Source: Azolla caroliniana (Eukaryota; Plantae; Polypodiophyta). Taken from it: a DNA stretch of 64,000 nt. Below the pieces are notes generated by a model that did no database searches, was not told the DNA's origin, and saw only the letters and a program-made list of their open reading frames with translations. Every line of letters starts with the position of its first letter. Position 1 is the first letter of the stretch. This document shows positions 25,025-38,365 of the stretch, piece after piece. Location: assembly GCA_043228905.1 (NCBI GenBank), contig JBHGNT010000001.1, positions 19,220,001 through 19,284,000 on the forward strand. Reading direction: 5' to 3'. The position numbers were made by a program, and so were the translations under genes.

Positions 25025-28000
25025 CAAAACAACTTTCTATTTCTCAAAGTAATAATACAACATCCAACCTTACAAAAAGGTTACAAGGTCACTATATATA
25101 GTGACCGACTTAGGGCAACTACCCTTTATGCTAATTACATAAATGGCCAAAACGGGATAGTGTGAATACGTCCATTATACACATGTATTCGACACTCCCC
25201 CGTAATGGGCGTATACATGGGTTATCTAAGATTACAGGTATAGACTTAGGTTCTCGGACATATCAGCTTTGTTCGAGTCGGCAGGGTCCGAAGGCAGAAG
25301 ACCGAACTGGTCGGGTCGGAACAGTTGAAGCCGATCATTAAGGAACTGATGTCGGTTGTCGGGAACCATCCTGCTCTGTGTCCGGCTCTAACCGGACTGG
25401 TTTGTCGTTACGCCCATCTGATGCCGAAGAGACCGAAAACGGTCTGCCGAAAGACACTTGGTCATTCCATCTGCGACATTGTCGGTTGTGGATATTTTCT
25501 CTAGACCGATTTTCCCTGAAATGACGCAGTCCCGAACGAAGTGATATCGAACGTCGATATGTTTGGAGGCGTTGTGGTGAACCGGATTTTTCGACAAGGC
25601 AACAACACCTTGACTGTCGCTGTAGACAACTGGAGCCGACTCATGGTCGACTTGTCGAAACGTGTGCGCCAGCCGACCGAGCCACAAAGCTTCTTTTGCT
25701 GCGTCGGACGCAGCTACATATTCTGCTTCGGTCGTTGAGGTCGCTGTGCACTCCTGAAGTTTCGACTTCCACGAGAATTTGAAGCAGTATCCGGTTGTTG
25801 ATTTCCGACTGTCTATACAGCCGGCGAAGTCCGAGTCGGTGTAACCGACTACGCCTGAGGTTCGGTTCGGTCCGAAAAGAATGCCATGGTCTTTTGTGCC
25901 AGCCAGATATCTGAACACATGCTTGACTGCGTTCCAATGCGATCGGCCAGGATTGTGCATAAATCTGCTAACGACTCCTACGGCATGAGAAATATCAGGC
26001 CGTGTCGCGACCATCAGGTACATAAGGGAGCCGACTGCCGGTGCATACGGTACCGACTTCATATCTTCCCCCTCCGGACCGGATGTCGGGCAGTCTCGCT
26101 GAGAGAGCCGAAGATTCATAGGGAGCGGGGTTGAAGCAGATTTGGCTGATTGCATGTTGAAGCGTTCTAAGACACGTCGGATATAGTCGGTCTGAGACAG
26201 AAAAAGATGTCGTTTATCGCGATGCCGACTAATCTTCATGCCGAGTATGTGTCGTGCCGGACCGAGGTCCTTCATGGCAAACTTCAACCGCAGTTGCCGA
26301 ATGAGATCGGCAAGTTCGCCCGCGTGGCGTCCAGAAAGTAGCATGTCGTCCACGTAAATGATGAGGAAGATGGGTGATCCATCTTGAGCTGTGTTGGTGA
26401 AGAGACAATGGTCCTCATCGCTTTTGGAGAAGCCGATCGATTGGATGAAGTCGTCGAACTTCTTGTACCATTGTCGTGGTGCCTGTTTGAGGCCGTATAG
26501 ACTCTTCCTGAGTCGGCAGACTAGATGTTCTTGGCCAGTTGCCACGAAGCCTTTTGGCTGCTCCATATAAATTTCCTCCTCGAGATCACCATGGAGGAAG
26601 GTTGTTTTGACATCTAGCTGAATCAGCTCCAAGTTGTCGGCTGCCACTACGCCGAGTAGAAAACGAAGGGTTGTCATTTTCACCACTGGTGAAAAAATCT
26701 CGTCGAAGTCGACGCCATATTCTTGTCGGAAGCCCTTCGCAACTAGTCTGGCCTTGTACTTTGGGGTGGTCGAATCAGACGTCTCTTTTAGTCGATAGAC
26801 CCACTTGCAAGGAAGAGCACGTCGGTTCCTAGGTAATTCGACCAGATCCCAAGTCTTGTTTGCCCGAATGGAGTGCATTTCCAACTCCATCGCCAGATGC
26901 CAGGTGGCTGAATCGACAGATGTCGATGCTTCTTCGTAAGACGTCGGTTCGCCGGCGTCGGTGAAGAAAATTCCAGGAGAGTACCTTTCCGGAGGTTGCG
27001 ACAGTCTCTCGGATCGTCGAGGTATGATTGGACTGGTCGCATCGGGTATCGTGGTCGGATGGTCCGAAAGCGGATTGTTCTGCTGTGTCGAGTCGGAGTT
27101 GTCCGAGTCGGTAGTGTAAGGTTCAGCTACCCGTGAAGCTGACCGTGTGTTGAGAGCGGGGCCTTCTTGAATGGTCGGCACATCGGAAAATGTTACCCTT
27201 CGGACTTCGATCGGTTTTTCGACTTATGGATTCATAGCCGACTCGTTGAACACAACGTCCGAACTTCGAACGATTTGTCTGCGTTCGGGGTCCCAGAGTC
27301 GGTATCCCATTTCGCCGTCGGATCCATATCCAAGGAAGATGCATTTCCTGGACCGAGGTGCAAGTTTTCGGCAATCATCTTTCGGAATGAGGGCGTACGC
27401 CTCGCATCCGAAGATCCTCAGCTTGTCGTAATTCGGCTTACTGCCGATCCATAGTTCCTGAGGAATTTGAAGTCCTAGAGGTCTACTTGGCGACATATTG
27501 ATTATGTGTACTGCCGTGAGTAGAGCCTCTGCCCAGAAGCCATCCGACAGTCCGGAGTGTTGGAGCATGGAAACTGTCCGTTCTTGGATTGTCCGATTCA
27601 TGCGTTCGGCAATCCCGTTTTGCTCCGGACTGTGTGGTGCCGTAAATTCACGTCGGATGCCGCGTTGTCGGCAGAATTTGACGAATTCTTCGGATTTAAA
27701 CTCTCCCCCATTGTCTGTCCGAAAGCATTTCAGCTTTCGGTCGGTTTGATTTTCTACCATAGCGAGCCAATCGGTGAAGATCGAGAAGACCCGATCTTTG
27801 GTGCGAATTGGATACGCCCACACCTTTCGAGTCGAATCGTCAATAAAAGTGACGAAGTAAGAGGCGCCGCCGAGAGACTGATGCGGCATTGGGCCGCAGA
27901 CGTCCGAGTGGACCAAATCGAGAGGTCTCGTTTCTCTTGGTGCTGATGTCGGGTGTGATGCGGCTGCTTGTTTGCCATACTGGCAATGCTCGCAGAATTG

Positions 28001-30136
28001 ATGGTCCGAGAAGGAGAGTTTGGGGATGTATCCGGCTCTAGATAGGTGCGTGATGCCGGCCTTGCTGAGGTGTCCTAATCTTCGGTGCCATAGTGATGAC
28101 ACAGGAATATCCACCAAAAACAGGTTACCCTCTCTGAGCGTAACATGTAACGGATACAGTGAGTGTATCTTGGGTCCTCTAGCAAGCAGGAGGTTCCCCC
28201 TGTGGAGTGTCCACCCTCCCGAAGAAAAACCGGCACGAATGCCGTCTTCATCTAGTTGTCCGACTGAGATCAATGGCCTTGAGAGCTCGGGTACATGTCG
28301 GACATTGTGGAGTACAAGTGTAGAGCCACCTGCAAGGTTGAGCTCTACTGTGCCGATTCCGATGATGTCACAGTGTTGTGAGTTGCCGACCCGAACTGAG
28401 TCGGAGTGACGGATCGTATATTGCCGAAATTGGGATCGATGAGGAGTCACGTGAAATGACGCGCCCGAATCTAAGAGCCATGTGCTCGATTCTTCAGTCG
28501 TGAGTAGAACTTCTGATCCGACTGGATTTTCGATTGATAGTATATTCGGGTCGTCCGGTAGTACATCAGCTGAGAAGCTGACGTAATTGATCTCCTCATG
28601 CCGGCCACTCTTCTTGTTGTTCTTGTTCTTGAGTGCGCGGCAGTCGGCTTTGATGTGTCCGGGTTTCTTGCAATAGTTGCAGATTCGGTTATCCCGTGAC
28701 TGGCTCCGTCTTCGCTGATTGTTCGGCGGCCGTGAGGAATCTCTTCCTCGTATGTTCGATCGGTCTGTCGAACCTTGTACTACGTAAGCGTCGTCTGTTG
28801 AGTCTTTGGCAAAAGACTTTCTCCGAGCTGCTTCGGTCAGGATTGCGCTCGTGACTTCGGAGTATTTAACAGCCGTGGTTGACGCGTTGCACACGGTTGT
28901 GACGAAAGTTTCCCATGATGAGGGAAGGCTGCTCATGAGTATCATTGCTCTGAGTTCATCCTCGATTGCCGTCCCCTGTGACGAGATTTGGGAGCTTATG
29001 CTTTCGTACTCATTGAGGTGTGCTTGAACCGAGTCGGATTCTTTCATCCGCAAGTTGTAGAGGCGCCGGATCAGAAACATCTTCGTTGCGGCGACCTTCT
29101 TTTCGTAAGTGTCCGACAGTGTTTTCCACAGTTCGAATGCTGTCGTACACGATTGCACCGTAAAGTATACCGATTCCGATAGGTGCATCCGAATCGTGGC
29201 GCGGACAATTCTGTCCAGCTTCTGCCACTCAATTGGTTTGTATCCTTCTGGAGGTTCTTCATTTTCGATGGGATCGATTTGCCCCTTGACTATGAGATAG
29301 TCCTGCATTTGTTCCTTCCAGAAGTTGAAGTTCGATCCATCGAACTTTCGTAGACTCATTTCTGACAAGCCGGATGTTGATGCCATCAAATTCGGTTTTG
29401 GTTGACGAAGCTCGGTTCGGATTTGACTACGAACCTTGTTGGAGTGCAGCCGGTTGGCTCACCCGATATCGTTCTAGTCGGATTTGAACCCGAGTCGGTT
29501 CGGCTTCGGAACTTGCTCAAATTGACTCCGGTAGCTTGAGGGACAGAACCGACTAGTCTTCCCGAATGTTGCCGAGTCGGAGTGAGCCCGGTTCGCTTCG
29601 GATATATATGCCGAATACCGATTATTGAAACCGATTATCTGGACCGATTCGGCTTCGGGTGACTGCAGCGACGAGAGAGATGGATCCAACTGATCCTCTC
29701 GAATGTCGATCAGCCGGATGAAGCACGAATTGGGGTTGTTGTCTTGAGACCGATCTGCACCGAGTGGTTACAACGAGCGGCGTTTGATGACCTCTTCGGA
29801 TGCCGTTTAACCGAATGGAGCACGATCGTGTCAAAGTTTCACAAGGGGATTTCACCTCGAGCGGTTACGATCACAAGGAACGGAGTACAACCTGCTGGCT
29901 TACTCCAAGCAAAGATGATCTAACGCGATGAGATGCAGGCCTCGTTTTTCTTCTTCTTCTCTCTTCTTCGAATGACGCAGGAAACCGAATGCTGAGACGA
30001 CGGCCGACAGCGGATTGAAGGACCGACTACTGTGCAGGCTCTGATACCAGATGTTGATGCCAAAGTCGTCTATGCGGAAGATCAAGAAGCATTCGATCTC
30101 TGTTGTGTACCTGCGTATTACAGTTTGTAGGTCGTT

Positions 30137-30167
<31 letters not shown>

Positions 30168-30337
30168 CAAAACAACTTTCTATTTCTCAAAGTAATAATA
30201 CAACATCCAACCTTACAAAAAGGTTACAAGGTCACTATATATAGTGACCGACTTAGGGCAACTACCCTTTATGCTAATTACATAAATGGCCAAAACGGGA
30301 TAGTGTGAATACGTCCATTATACACATGTATTCGACA
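24909..30337 (-). mobile_element. Young full-length Ty1/Copia element F
   Basis: 286-bp LTRs 24909-25194 and 30052-30337 (one substitution seen); perfect TSD GGGTT; PBS TGGTATCAGAGC at 30038-30049; G-rich PPT at 25195-25201. Confidence 0.97.
25388..29389 (-). pseudogene. Copia F polyprotein (1334 codons) with one in-frame TAA at 27224-27226
   Basis: CNYCKKPGHIKADC, WLLDSGAS, LWHRRLGH, RTDNGGEF, YVDDML and DNVADGMTK motifs. Both track ORFs are in one frame. Confidence 0.93.
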
Positions 30338-31150
30338 GGGTTCCATAGCTACAATGATCATCTCTGTGGCCACGAGTGTGTATTTAACTAATCCGCGCCC
30401 ATCTTTCTTGTCCAGCCTCCATCGTTTCGGCCTCGGGCTTTCCTGACGTTGCTCGACTTCTTGCTCCTGCGGGGCTTCTTCCCTACACTCCGGTCGTTCT
30501 TCATGTGCTGCCCGCGTGTTGGGTTGGGCCGATTGGGGTTCATCCTCCAATTCTATGGTGGCCAATTCTGTTAACCTCCGTTTTGCGGAACATGGCGACG
30601 GCATGGGCTTGCTGGGCTATGGTGCGGGCAAACCCCGAGGTGGGAATAGTATCATCAGATATTGTTGTATGATTTTCCTTAGCTTTTGGCCGCCTTGATA
30701 CCTATGCAAGCCTTCTCGTAACGTTGGTCTTATAATGACCCCCCAATCGACCCCGCGCCCTTCAAAGGTATCAATGATGATGCCTGCCTTCTGTTTTGGC
30801 ATCCCATAGGCATTTACATACACGCATCCGACTTCCAACAAGAACTTGGCTATTTCGCGGAAGAAGGGATCGGGGATTTCCTTCGTCCTGTATGCCTTGG
30901 CGGACGCCGAATATGCCCCGAAATATCTCTGCAAGGTTTCCACAGGACGAATGTGAAAATGTCTTTCTCCAAGCAATGACAGGTCAAGCTTCTTCCTAAT
31001 TGATGAGTTAGTGACCGTGTCTATATTGAGTTTCCTGACGATGTCTAGGGATTCAAGATGAGCGGGTGCCTCGGTGACTTTAATGTATCCATCCAGACGC
31101 TTTCGATGAGCCATCTACGCAAGGCGGCAGAAATAGGGATCGACATCGTA
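30338..31150 (-). pseudogene. N-terminal part of element E ORF2; continues at 24908-23185
   Basis: LDGYIKVTEAPAH, YFGAYSASAKAYRT and DTFEGRGVDW match the ORF2 motifs of A, C and H. Confidence 0.75.
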
Positions 31151-34100
31151 GGCGGGTGAGACTCATGGATAGTGGGTGAGGTATGCTGGCTATGGCGAAC
31201 TTGGGCTCTGTGGTAGGATGGAGACAAAGGTGAGTGAGGGGAGCGATGAGATCGATGAGAGTTAGAAGGTTGGTTTCTGTACTGTGCAGAAAACCTTCTA
31301 TTTTCTTCTTTTTGTGGCCTAGGGTTCATTGTTCTGTGAGTCATCGTGGTGCCGCGTGTTTCTTGCTCTAGAAGTTTGTGTATGCATCAAGTCCTTTTAA
31401 TAGCGTCACTATCTTCTCTTTCTTTCTTTCTTTCTTTCTTTCTTTTTTTTTTTTTTGTAATGGTTACATACAATATTATTTTTACACTATAGTACAAGTA
31501 GGGCCCTACATTTACTCCACGGATTCGTCGGCTTTGTCTTGTCCGGCGGGGAACGGGTTAAGTGGCATAGGCCCCAGGTAGGGTTTTAAGCGAAACCCAT
31601 TCACCTTTTGTTGGAGCACCTCTCCGGCCAAAGTGCCAAGTTGAAACGTGTCGTTTTCCGCTCCAACTATCTAGTACGGGCTTGTCCAACGGAATCTTAA
31701 TTTTCTTGGCATTTGCCCCATGCGTGTTTGAAAAACTAATACCGCCCTCCCAACCATAAAATCCTTTTCACGCGCATGCCGATGTCAGTCCACAAATGCT
31801 TTGCGCCACTGCAATTCTTGTTCCAATATGGCCATACTATGTACCCGGGTTTCACCTAATTCTAGCAATTGTTGTAGTCGTATTTGTTCGGATTTGCCCT
31901 CTAGCAACCGGTCTCATACTTGAATCCACAGGCTGGGTACCTGGTATTCGACTAGCATTACAGCCTCCAACCCAAATGCTATCCTGAAAGGCATGGATTG
32001 TATGTTGGTCTTATAGCTGGTTCAATATGCCCAAAACGCGTTGCGCAATTTGATATCCCAATCTGTTATGTTCTCATTGACTATCTTTTTGAGGATAGTT
32101 TGTAATGTTTTGTTCGTGGATTCGGCCAAGCCATTTGCATGTGGGTAATACGGCGTACTCTTTTTCTGAACCACAGCGTAGTGTTGGGTCAGTTCGCTAA
32201 TGATCGTATTCAAAAAGTGACTCCCTTGATCACTAATGAGCTCGATAGGGCAGCCAAAACGACACGAGATATGTTCGTAAAGGAATTTCGCCATGACTGT
32301 CGCGGTATTTTCGCATAGTGATTTCGCTTCCACCCACTTGGTGCAGTAATCCATAGCCACCAGGATATACTTATTGCTTGTTCATGCAGCCACCGAGGTA
32401 AAGGGTCCCACAAAATCCAACTCCACTTTTGGAAAGGATCCAACGGCAACACCGGTTGATGTGGCATTCTCGCGACTTCCGTGGGTTGGCCCATCCGTTG
32501 GCATAAATTGCACTGTTTGCAATATTCATACGCATCCTTTTGCGTAGTCGGCCACCAAAGTCCTGCTTGCCACATTTTCCGGGCCATAACAAAGCCCGCA
32601 TAATGTCCTCCCGCCGTACCACAGTGGGATTCGCGTAAAATCGTTGCCTTCTCATCCTGTCGTATTCCGAGCCTCCAGATGTCATCACTTCCTTTGTGAT
32701 ATAGGACGTCTTTGACTAAACAGAAATTAGGACTCCGTACGGCCAGCCATTTTTTCTCGTCCATCCTTAATTGGGGTGGCGGTAATCCCGTGGTCAGAAA
32801 GTAGGTCATTTCCATCAACCACCAATCCGGAAAAGTCTTTTCTATTCTTGCTCCTAAAGTTGTTATACGTAGAATGTCCGCATCCGGAAAGTCGTCATCA
32901 TCTTTTTGCGCCATTTTTGCATTATCTAATCTGCTCAAGAAATCCACCACCACGTGTTGCATACCCGGTCGGTGCTGAATTACAAAGTCGAATTCTTGGA
33001 GCAACAACATCCATCTAGCCAATTTTCCCGTCAATGCCTGTTTCCCCACCAGATATAGCAATGTCGTATGATCCACATGAAACGTGAATTTTCACCCTAG
33101 CAGATAATGCCGGAATTTATTGATGTTGTATATCATACCCAACGCTTCACGTTCCATTTTGGAATAGTTACACTCAGTCGTTGATAGTTTCCGACTAGCG
33201 TAGTACACTAGTCGGTACCAATTCGGCTCTGTGAGCTGCATCAACGCACTACCTATTTCTATATCCGAGGCATCGACAAACACGTGAAATGGTTTCGCCC
33301 AAACTGGTGGTTGTACGACTAGTACCTGCGTTAGCATTATTTTTAACGCATCATACGCCTTTTCTTCTGTTGTTGTCCATTTGAAAGGAGTACGGTGGAT
33401 GGCGGCATGTAATGGTGTGGCGAAATCCTCCAAATAGTGTATCATCCGTTTGTGCCATCGTATTTGTCCTATAAATCAGCTGAGTGCTTTGGCGTTTGTC
33501 AGTGTTTTTGCGTGGGTAATCGCGGAGATTTTGTTCGGATCGACCGCTATCCCCTCCTTACTAACTACGTAGCCGAGGAGGGCCCCGTTGGTGACACCAA
33601 AGGCGCATTTGGCAGGATTCAGGCTTAAGTGTGCAATTCGGCAACGCTCCAGGCAAAGTTGTAGATGCGTAAAATGTTCGGCTGTTGTCCCATATACCAC
33701 AAAATCGTCAAAAAAGATTTGCATGAAGGCAGGTATATATTCCCCAAAAATCTCCGTGATTTTCCGTTGAAATGTAGTTGACGTCGTCTTTAGCCCGAAC
33801 ATCATGACAACCACAACATAGACTCCCCAGTTCATGACAAAGGTCGTCTTCTCTTGGTCGTCGGGGTGCATGCATACTTGATTGTACCCACTGAAGCCAT
33901 CTAGAAAGTTGTACATGTCATGCCTTGTGATGGCATCCAGTACGCTATCGGTGAAAGGTAAAGGGAACGCGTCTGTAATGGTTACGGCGTTCAATTTTTG
34001 GTAGTCCACGCACACACGTATTTTGCCATTTTTCTTTGGTACGACTACTATCAAGCTTAGCCATGTAGCTTGTTTGACTGGTCGAATGAATCCGGCCTTG

Positions 34101-37083
34101 AGGAATTTGTCAAATTCCTCATTTACACGAGCGGCACAATTTGGGTTCATGCGGTATCGACGTTGCTGGACCGGTTTCGCATCGATCGCTAAATTGATCT
34201 TATGTTGATAGAACTTCGGATCTAATCCCTTCATGTCCTCGTGGGACCAAGAGAACACATCTTTATACTTCCTGAGTAATGCTATCATCACCTCTCTCTG
34301 ATCCGGTAGTAATTCTTTTGCGATGGAGAGGAATCAGGGGTCTGACGTCGTACCTACGTTTACTTCTTCTAGGGCTGAGGCAGTGACTCATCATGAAATT
34401 TCCATTTCCCTCTCAAACGCCGCCTGTGCTCTACTTAATTCTAATATTGACTCTTGGTCTGGTTCGTAAGCCTCGTCGTGGAGCGCAATAGGCGTGGCGT
34501 AATCCGCTGCGGTTTCTATGACGTCGATTTCGAATAGCGGAATGATTCGGGGGTGCTCGTCGAGGTATACTTCTAATTCTGTATCATCCACCCCAGCCAC
34601 CATATTTATATCTTCCGCGTATAACAGTGTTATGCCCTTGGGTTGTGCCGCCATTTGCTCTATGGGTACGCGAACCTTAGTGCATCCGCGTCGAAAACTG
34701 ATGCACTTATGTTGCCAACTCTATTTGATATTCGTTGAACGAAGCCAAGGTCTGCCAAGCAGCATAGGATACGCTCCTGGGTTATCGAGTGCGAGGACTA
34801 CCGTCGAGATGTCGAAGCGATGTCCGCCAATGATAATGCCTAATTTTCGTATTAAGCCTACAGGCCTTACTGAGCGGGTATCCTCCATGTGAAGCCAAAA
34901 TAGGCAAGCTTCCCATTTTGAAATTCCCAATTGTTCGCATGTCTTCGCGCTAATTACATTGACGCCAGAGCCGTCGTCGATTACGCATCATGTGATTTCC
35001 TAACCGTGTAATATCAACTTAATAGCCAGATTGTGGTGATCCACCACCGTTGGTTCGGCGTTGGTGTCCGTAAAGTTGGCGGAGATGCTTACTCTAGGTC
35101 TACCCATTATGCAATCCTCTATGGCCTGGCGGAACCGTGGGACTAGTTGAAGTTGCTTCTCCATGGTCAGTGTTATCTCGCAGCCTACCAGTGCTTGCCA
35201 TATGGGATCTGGAGATATTACGTCTTCCTCCAATGGCCCCGCATTGTTCACGGACTCCTGCCGCATGCGTTCCATATTTGTCGTGTTCGCTTTTTCAACC
35301 CATGCTTGGGCCGTCTGACGTATCTCATCTTGCGTGGCCAAATCAGCATTTTTCGTTTGCTGTCTTGTTGTAACTTGTTGAACCTCCACCATAATCATAT
35401 TGACAGCGGGCCCCTTGCCCTTGCGGAGTGGACATTGAGTGGCGTAATGTCCGGGTAGTTGGCAAAAGAAACAATGGACGTTGGATTCGCCTTTCTCGGC
35501 AGTTGGTGGTGTGTTCCTATCCCCATGTGTGACTTGCTCCTCCCGGTCTTGGGTCATTCTTCTGAACGTTCGTGGTGGTTGTTGTTGGTCCCGGCACGGC
35601 TCTTGGTGCCGGTCATCGTCCGAACTTTCGTCGTACCGTCGTTGGTCTCGATACTGATGATATTTCCCGCGAGGCCCATTGAAGCCGCCACGTTTGTTCG
35701 TCAGATGGTAATTCTCGTAGCGTCAGCCTCCTTTATTATATTTGTGGTTTCCCCAGTAGTCTTCGTCCTCCGGCTCTTCTTACTCGGAATCGTTGTTATT
35801 CCGGCGATTCCGGTAGTGCTGGTCATCGCATGGGTTCCGATCCGTATACCGGGGTCGTTCTTCTTGGCGCCTTTGCTCATTACAGCAAGGTGGGCGCTGT
35901 GTTTCCACGCTTCATACAATGGGCGTGGGTCTATTCAACATATTGTACTCACACTGCTCGACCGTCTGTGCTTTCGAGTGATAGATTGGGCAGTGGATTC
36001 GCATGTTGCATTCTACTGCGGAATGCCCAGAATTGAGGCAAATCATGCACTGGATTGCTTGGCAAAAATGTCGTTCCTCGTCCTGAGGTAACGCTTGTCG
36101 TAATGAGGACATGGAAAACCTTTCCTCTTCTTCGTTCAGCTCGAGCTATAGCGCTCGTTCTATGACTATATCGGCTATTTCTCCTTCACGCTATTGTTGT
36201 TGAGCGTTGTCCGCATCAGTCGTCGTAAAGCTACTAGAAATGTCTCCACGATAATCAGAGTGCTTTTATTATATTATAATACTTCTTCGTTTCTGTCCGT
36301 CCGTTACTATTCCGACGGACAACAATTAGTGAGCTGGGAGTTTGGCAGGAAGAATTTTGACTCTACTACGATAATCAGAGTGCCATCCATCTTGCCAAGA
36401 ATGTTGCCTACCACTCGAGAACCAAGCACATCTAGAGGAGATACCTACCATTGGCTCCAAGAGCGATTAGAAGAGAAGGATTTTTCTCTTATGAAGATCC
36501 ACATGGCAGAAATTGGATCGGATATGCCCACGAAGGTGCTGTCAGCCCAAAAACTAAATGAGTGTCGACAAAAAGTCAAATTGATGAAGTACCTCATGCC
36601 GAAGTGAGGGGGCAGATTTCCGGAATCGGGAGACTATATTTGTAGATAATCCAAATTTATGCTCCTTGTGGGCTATACTTGTAAATAGCCAAAAAGTTGT
36701 TGTAGTATATAAACAACTAGGGCTAAACTTTAAGGAGCAGTTGATCACTATTATTGTGATATAGTTATATAGGTGGTTGTAGCCTCTGTAACAGAGAAGT
36801 AAGAAAGAGAGTGTGTGAGTTGTAACTCGGCCGCCGTCTATTAGATGAAGACAAGCTTGAGGTTGGTGCTTGCGAGTCTCCCTGTATTGTTCTCCCTACT
36901 TAGTGATTTTGTTTCTTGGGGTTTGTGGACCCCTGTGGTTTTTCCCAATTTCAGTTTCCACATTAAATATTTGTACCTATGTTCTATCTGTTTTTCCTCG
37001 TTTTTGTCTATGTATCTATTTTACTCGTTTCTTTGCACTAGCATACGAACGTGAAACCGGTTGTGGCCGGTCGATGCTCAATA

Positions 37084-37276
37084 GAAGGCATGTCCATGAC
37101 ATCCTTACAACAAGCGTTACTGTGGGATGATGAGTATCGGTTCCGGTAGGCCATTCAATGCACAATTTGCCTTAACTTGAGACACTCGGCAGTTGACTAC
37201 AACGTGCGGGCTCACTACCCTATTTGCCATTCTCGTGCACATACCATCGACCAATGCGAATACAACCTTCTGAATC
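37084..37276 (+). pseudogene. Gag zinc-knuckle fragment of the Athila-like family
   Basis: Translates to AIQCTICLN..H....CHSRAHTIDQCEYNLLN, like 35912-36112 (-). Confidence 0.65.
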
Positions 37277-38365
37277 TATTAGCCGGTTAGGGTAAGAGTC
37301 GGATAAGTGTGGAAGCGTTGGAGTCGACAATGTTTAGATGAACACGAAGTCGGGTTGGATCGATGAGTCAGCACTTTTGTTGACCAAATAAAAATATATA
37401 TATACTAAAGTTAGTTAGAAGGGTTTTGGTTAGATCTTGCCGACAAGGCAAAGTATAATTCTTGATGAGTTTGTCTCTCAGGTTACCTATAATAAGGAAC
37501 CGAGAGCATTGTAACAATATCGTTCTGATTTCAGTTTCTGTGTCGTGTATTCTATGAGTAATATTGTTCTGTTCGACTTACTTACAATTCTTGTTAAGTA
37601 TATTAGGCTAAATTAGTCGATCAAGGTATATTGTATCTTAATTTGTACAATCAACAAGTATGTGTTCCATTTGCACTTCCACAGTTTCTTGATAGAACGT
37701 TTGACATTGTTGTGGTGTCGGTCATAGTAGTTGACTGTCTACCAAACAACACAGTAATTTTGACACGCCCAATTACAACTGCATTCAGCAGAGAACAAGT
37801 TAGAATGGAAGTCATCTAGCCTAGAAACATCGTTCAGTCGAAAAATTCTTCGCACATGCTTAGCAACTCAACGTGTAGCGGAGGATCCTGTCGACAATTT
37901 TCAATCTATGTAGTAGCAACACGCTAGTGGGGAGTGGTCCTCAATTCCCAATATAACTGATAATTATTCGGACGAAGGTCAGTCTGAACAAGTTTCTTTC
38001 TACGACATTTGGGGTGATGACAATATGACTTACCCTTACTCCAAGTATCGAGATGGCGCTGATGCAGAAGCACATATTCGGGATTTCGTGACAACATGGT
38101 AAATTAACCATGTAGCTCAACAACTGTCAGCAATAGTCAAAGATAAGTCAAAAATTGTTGAGTTTGTTTTGTAATTGGATGGTCTGTCGGCAAATTGGTT
38201 TTGCCCAGAATGGTCTCACAGCGTTCGATTCATTCGAACAGTTAACCACCAGATTCATTCAACTGTTTCACCGACAGATTCCTTAGAAAGATCTTATTGG
38301 TAAGTTTTATGCCGCATATCAGGAACCACATGAAACGGTGTCACAATTTGTAATCTGATTTCAGA
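37277..38365 (+). mobile_element. 5' fragment of Gypsy element I (H family): LTR, degenerate PBS, start of gag
   Basis: LTR 37277-37751 ends AAACAACA; PBS-like TGACACGCCCA at ~37761; gag collinear with 52610-52950. Confidence 0.75.

Larger units (their letters stand above)
22671..36324 (-). mobile_element. Ty3/Gypsy element E (Athila/Tat-like), degenerate, containing Copia F; 5' LTR, PBS and gag start largely deleted
   Basis: Perfect TSD ATTAG (22666-22670 / 36325-36329). 3' LTR 22671-23137. Only ~60 bp of the 5' LTR remain (36262-36324). Gag zinc knuckles, PR, RT, RH and IN at ~31510-36250. ORF2 is split by F. Confidence 0.9.
5550..37083 (+). mobile_element. Old Ty1/Copia (Tnt1/Tork-like) element D, disrupted by nested B, C and E(+F)
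   Basis: Truncated 5' LTR (~5550-5761) matches 36850-37083. Degenerate PBS TAGTATCAGAGC at 5765-5776. Gag-pol pieces at ~5800-6013, 11373-14642, 22452-22670 and 36325-36607. PPT-like GAGGGGG at ~36606. Confidence 0.75.
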
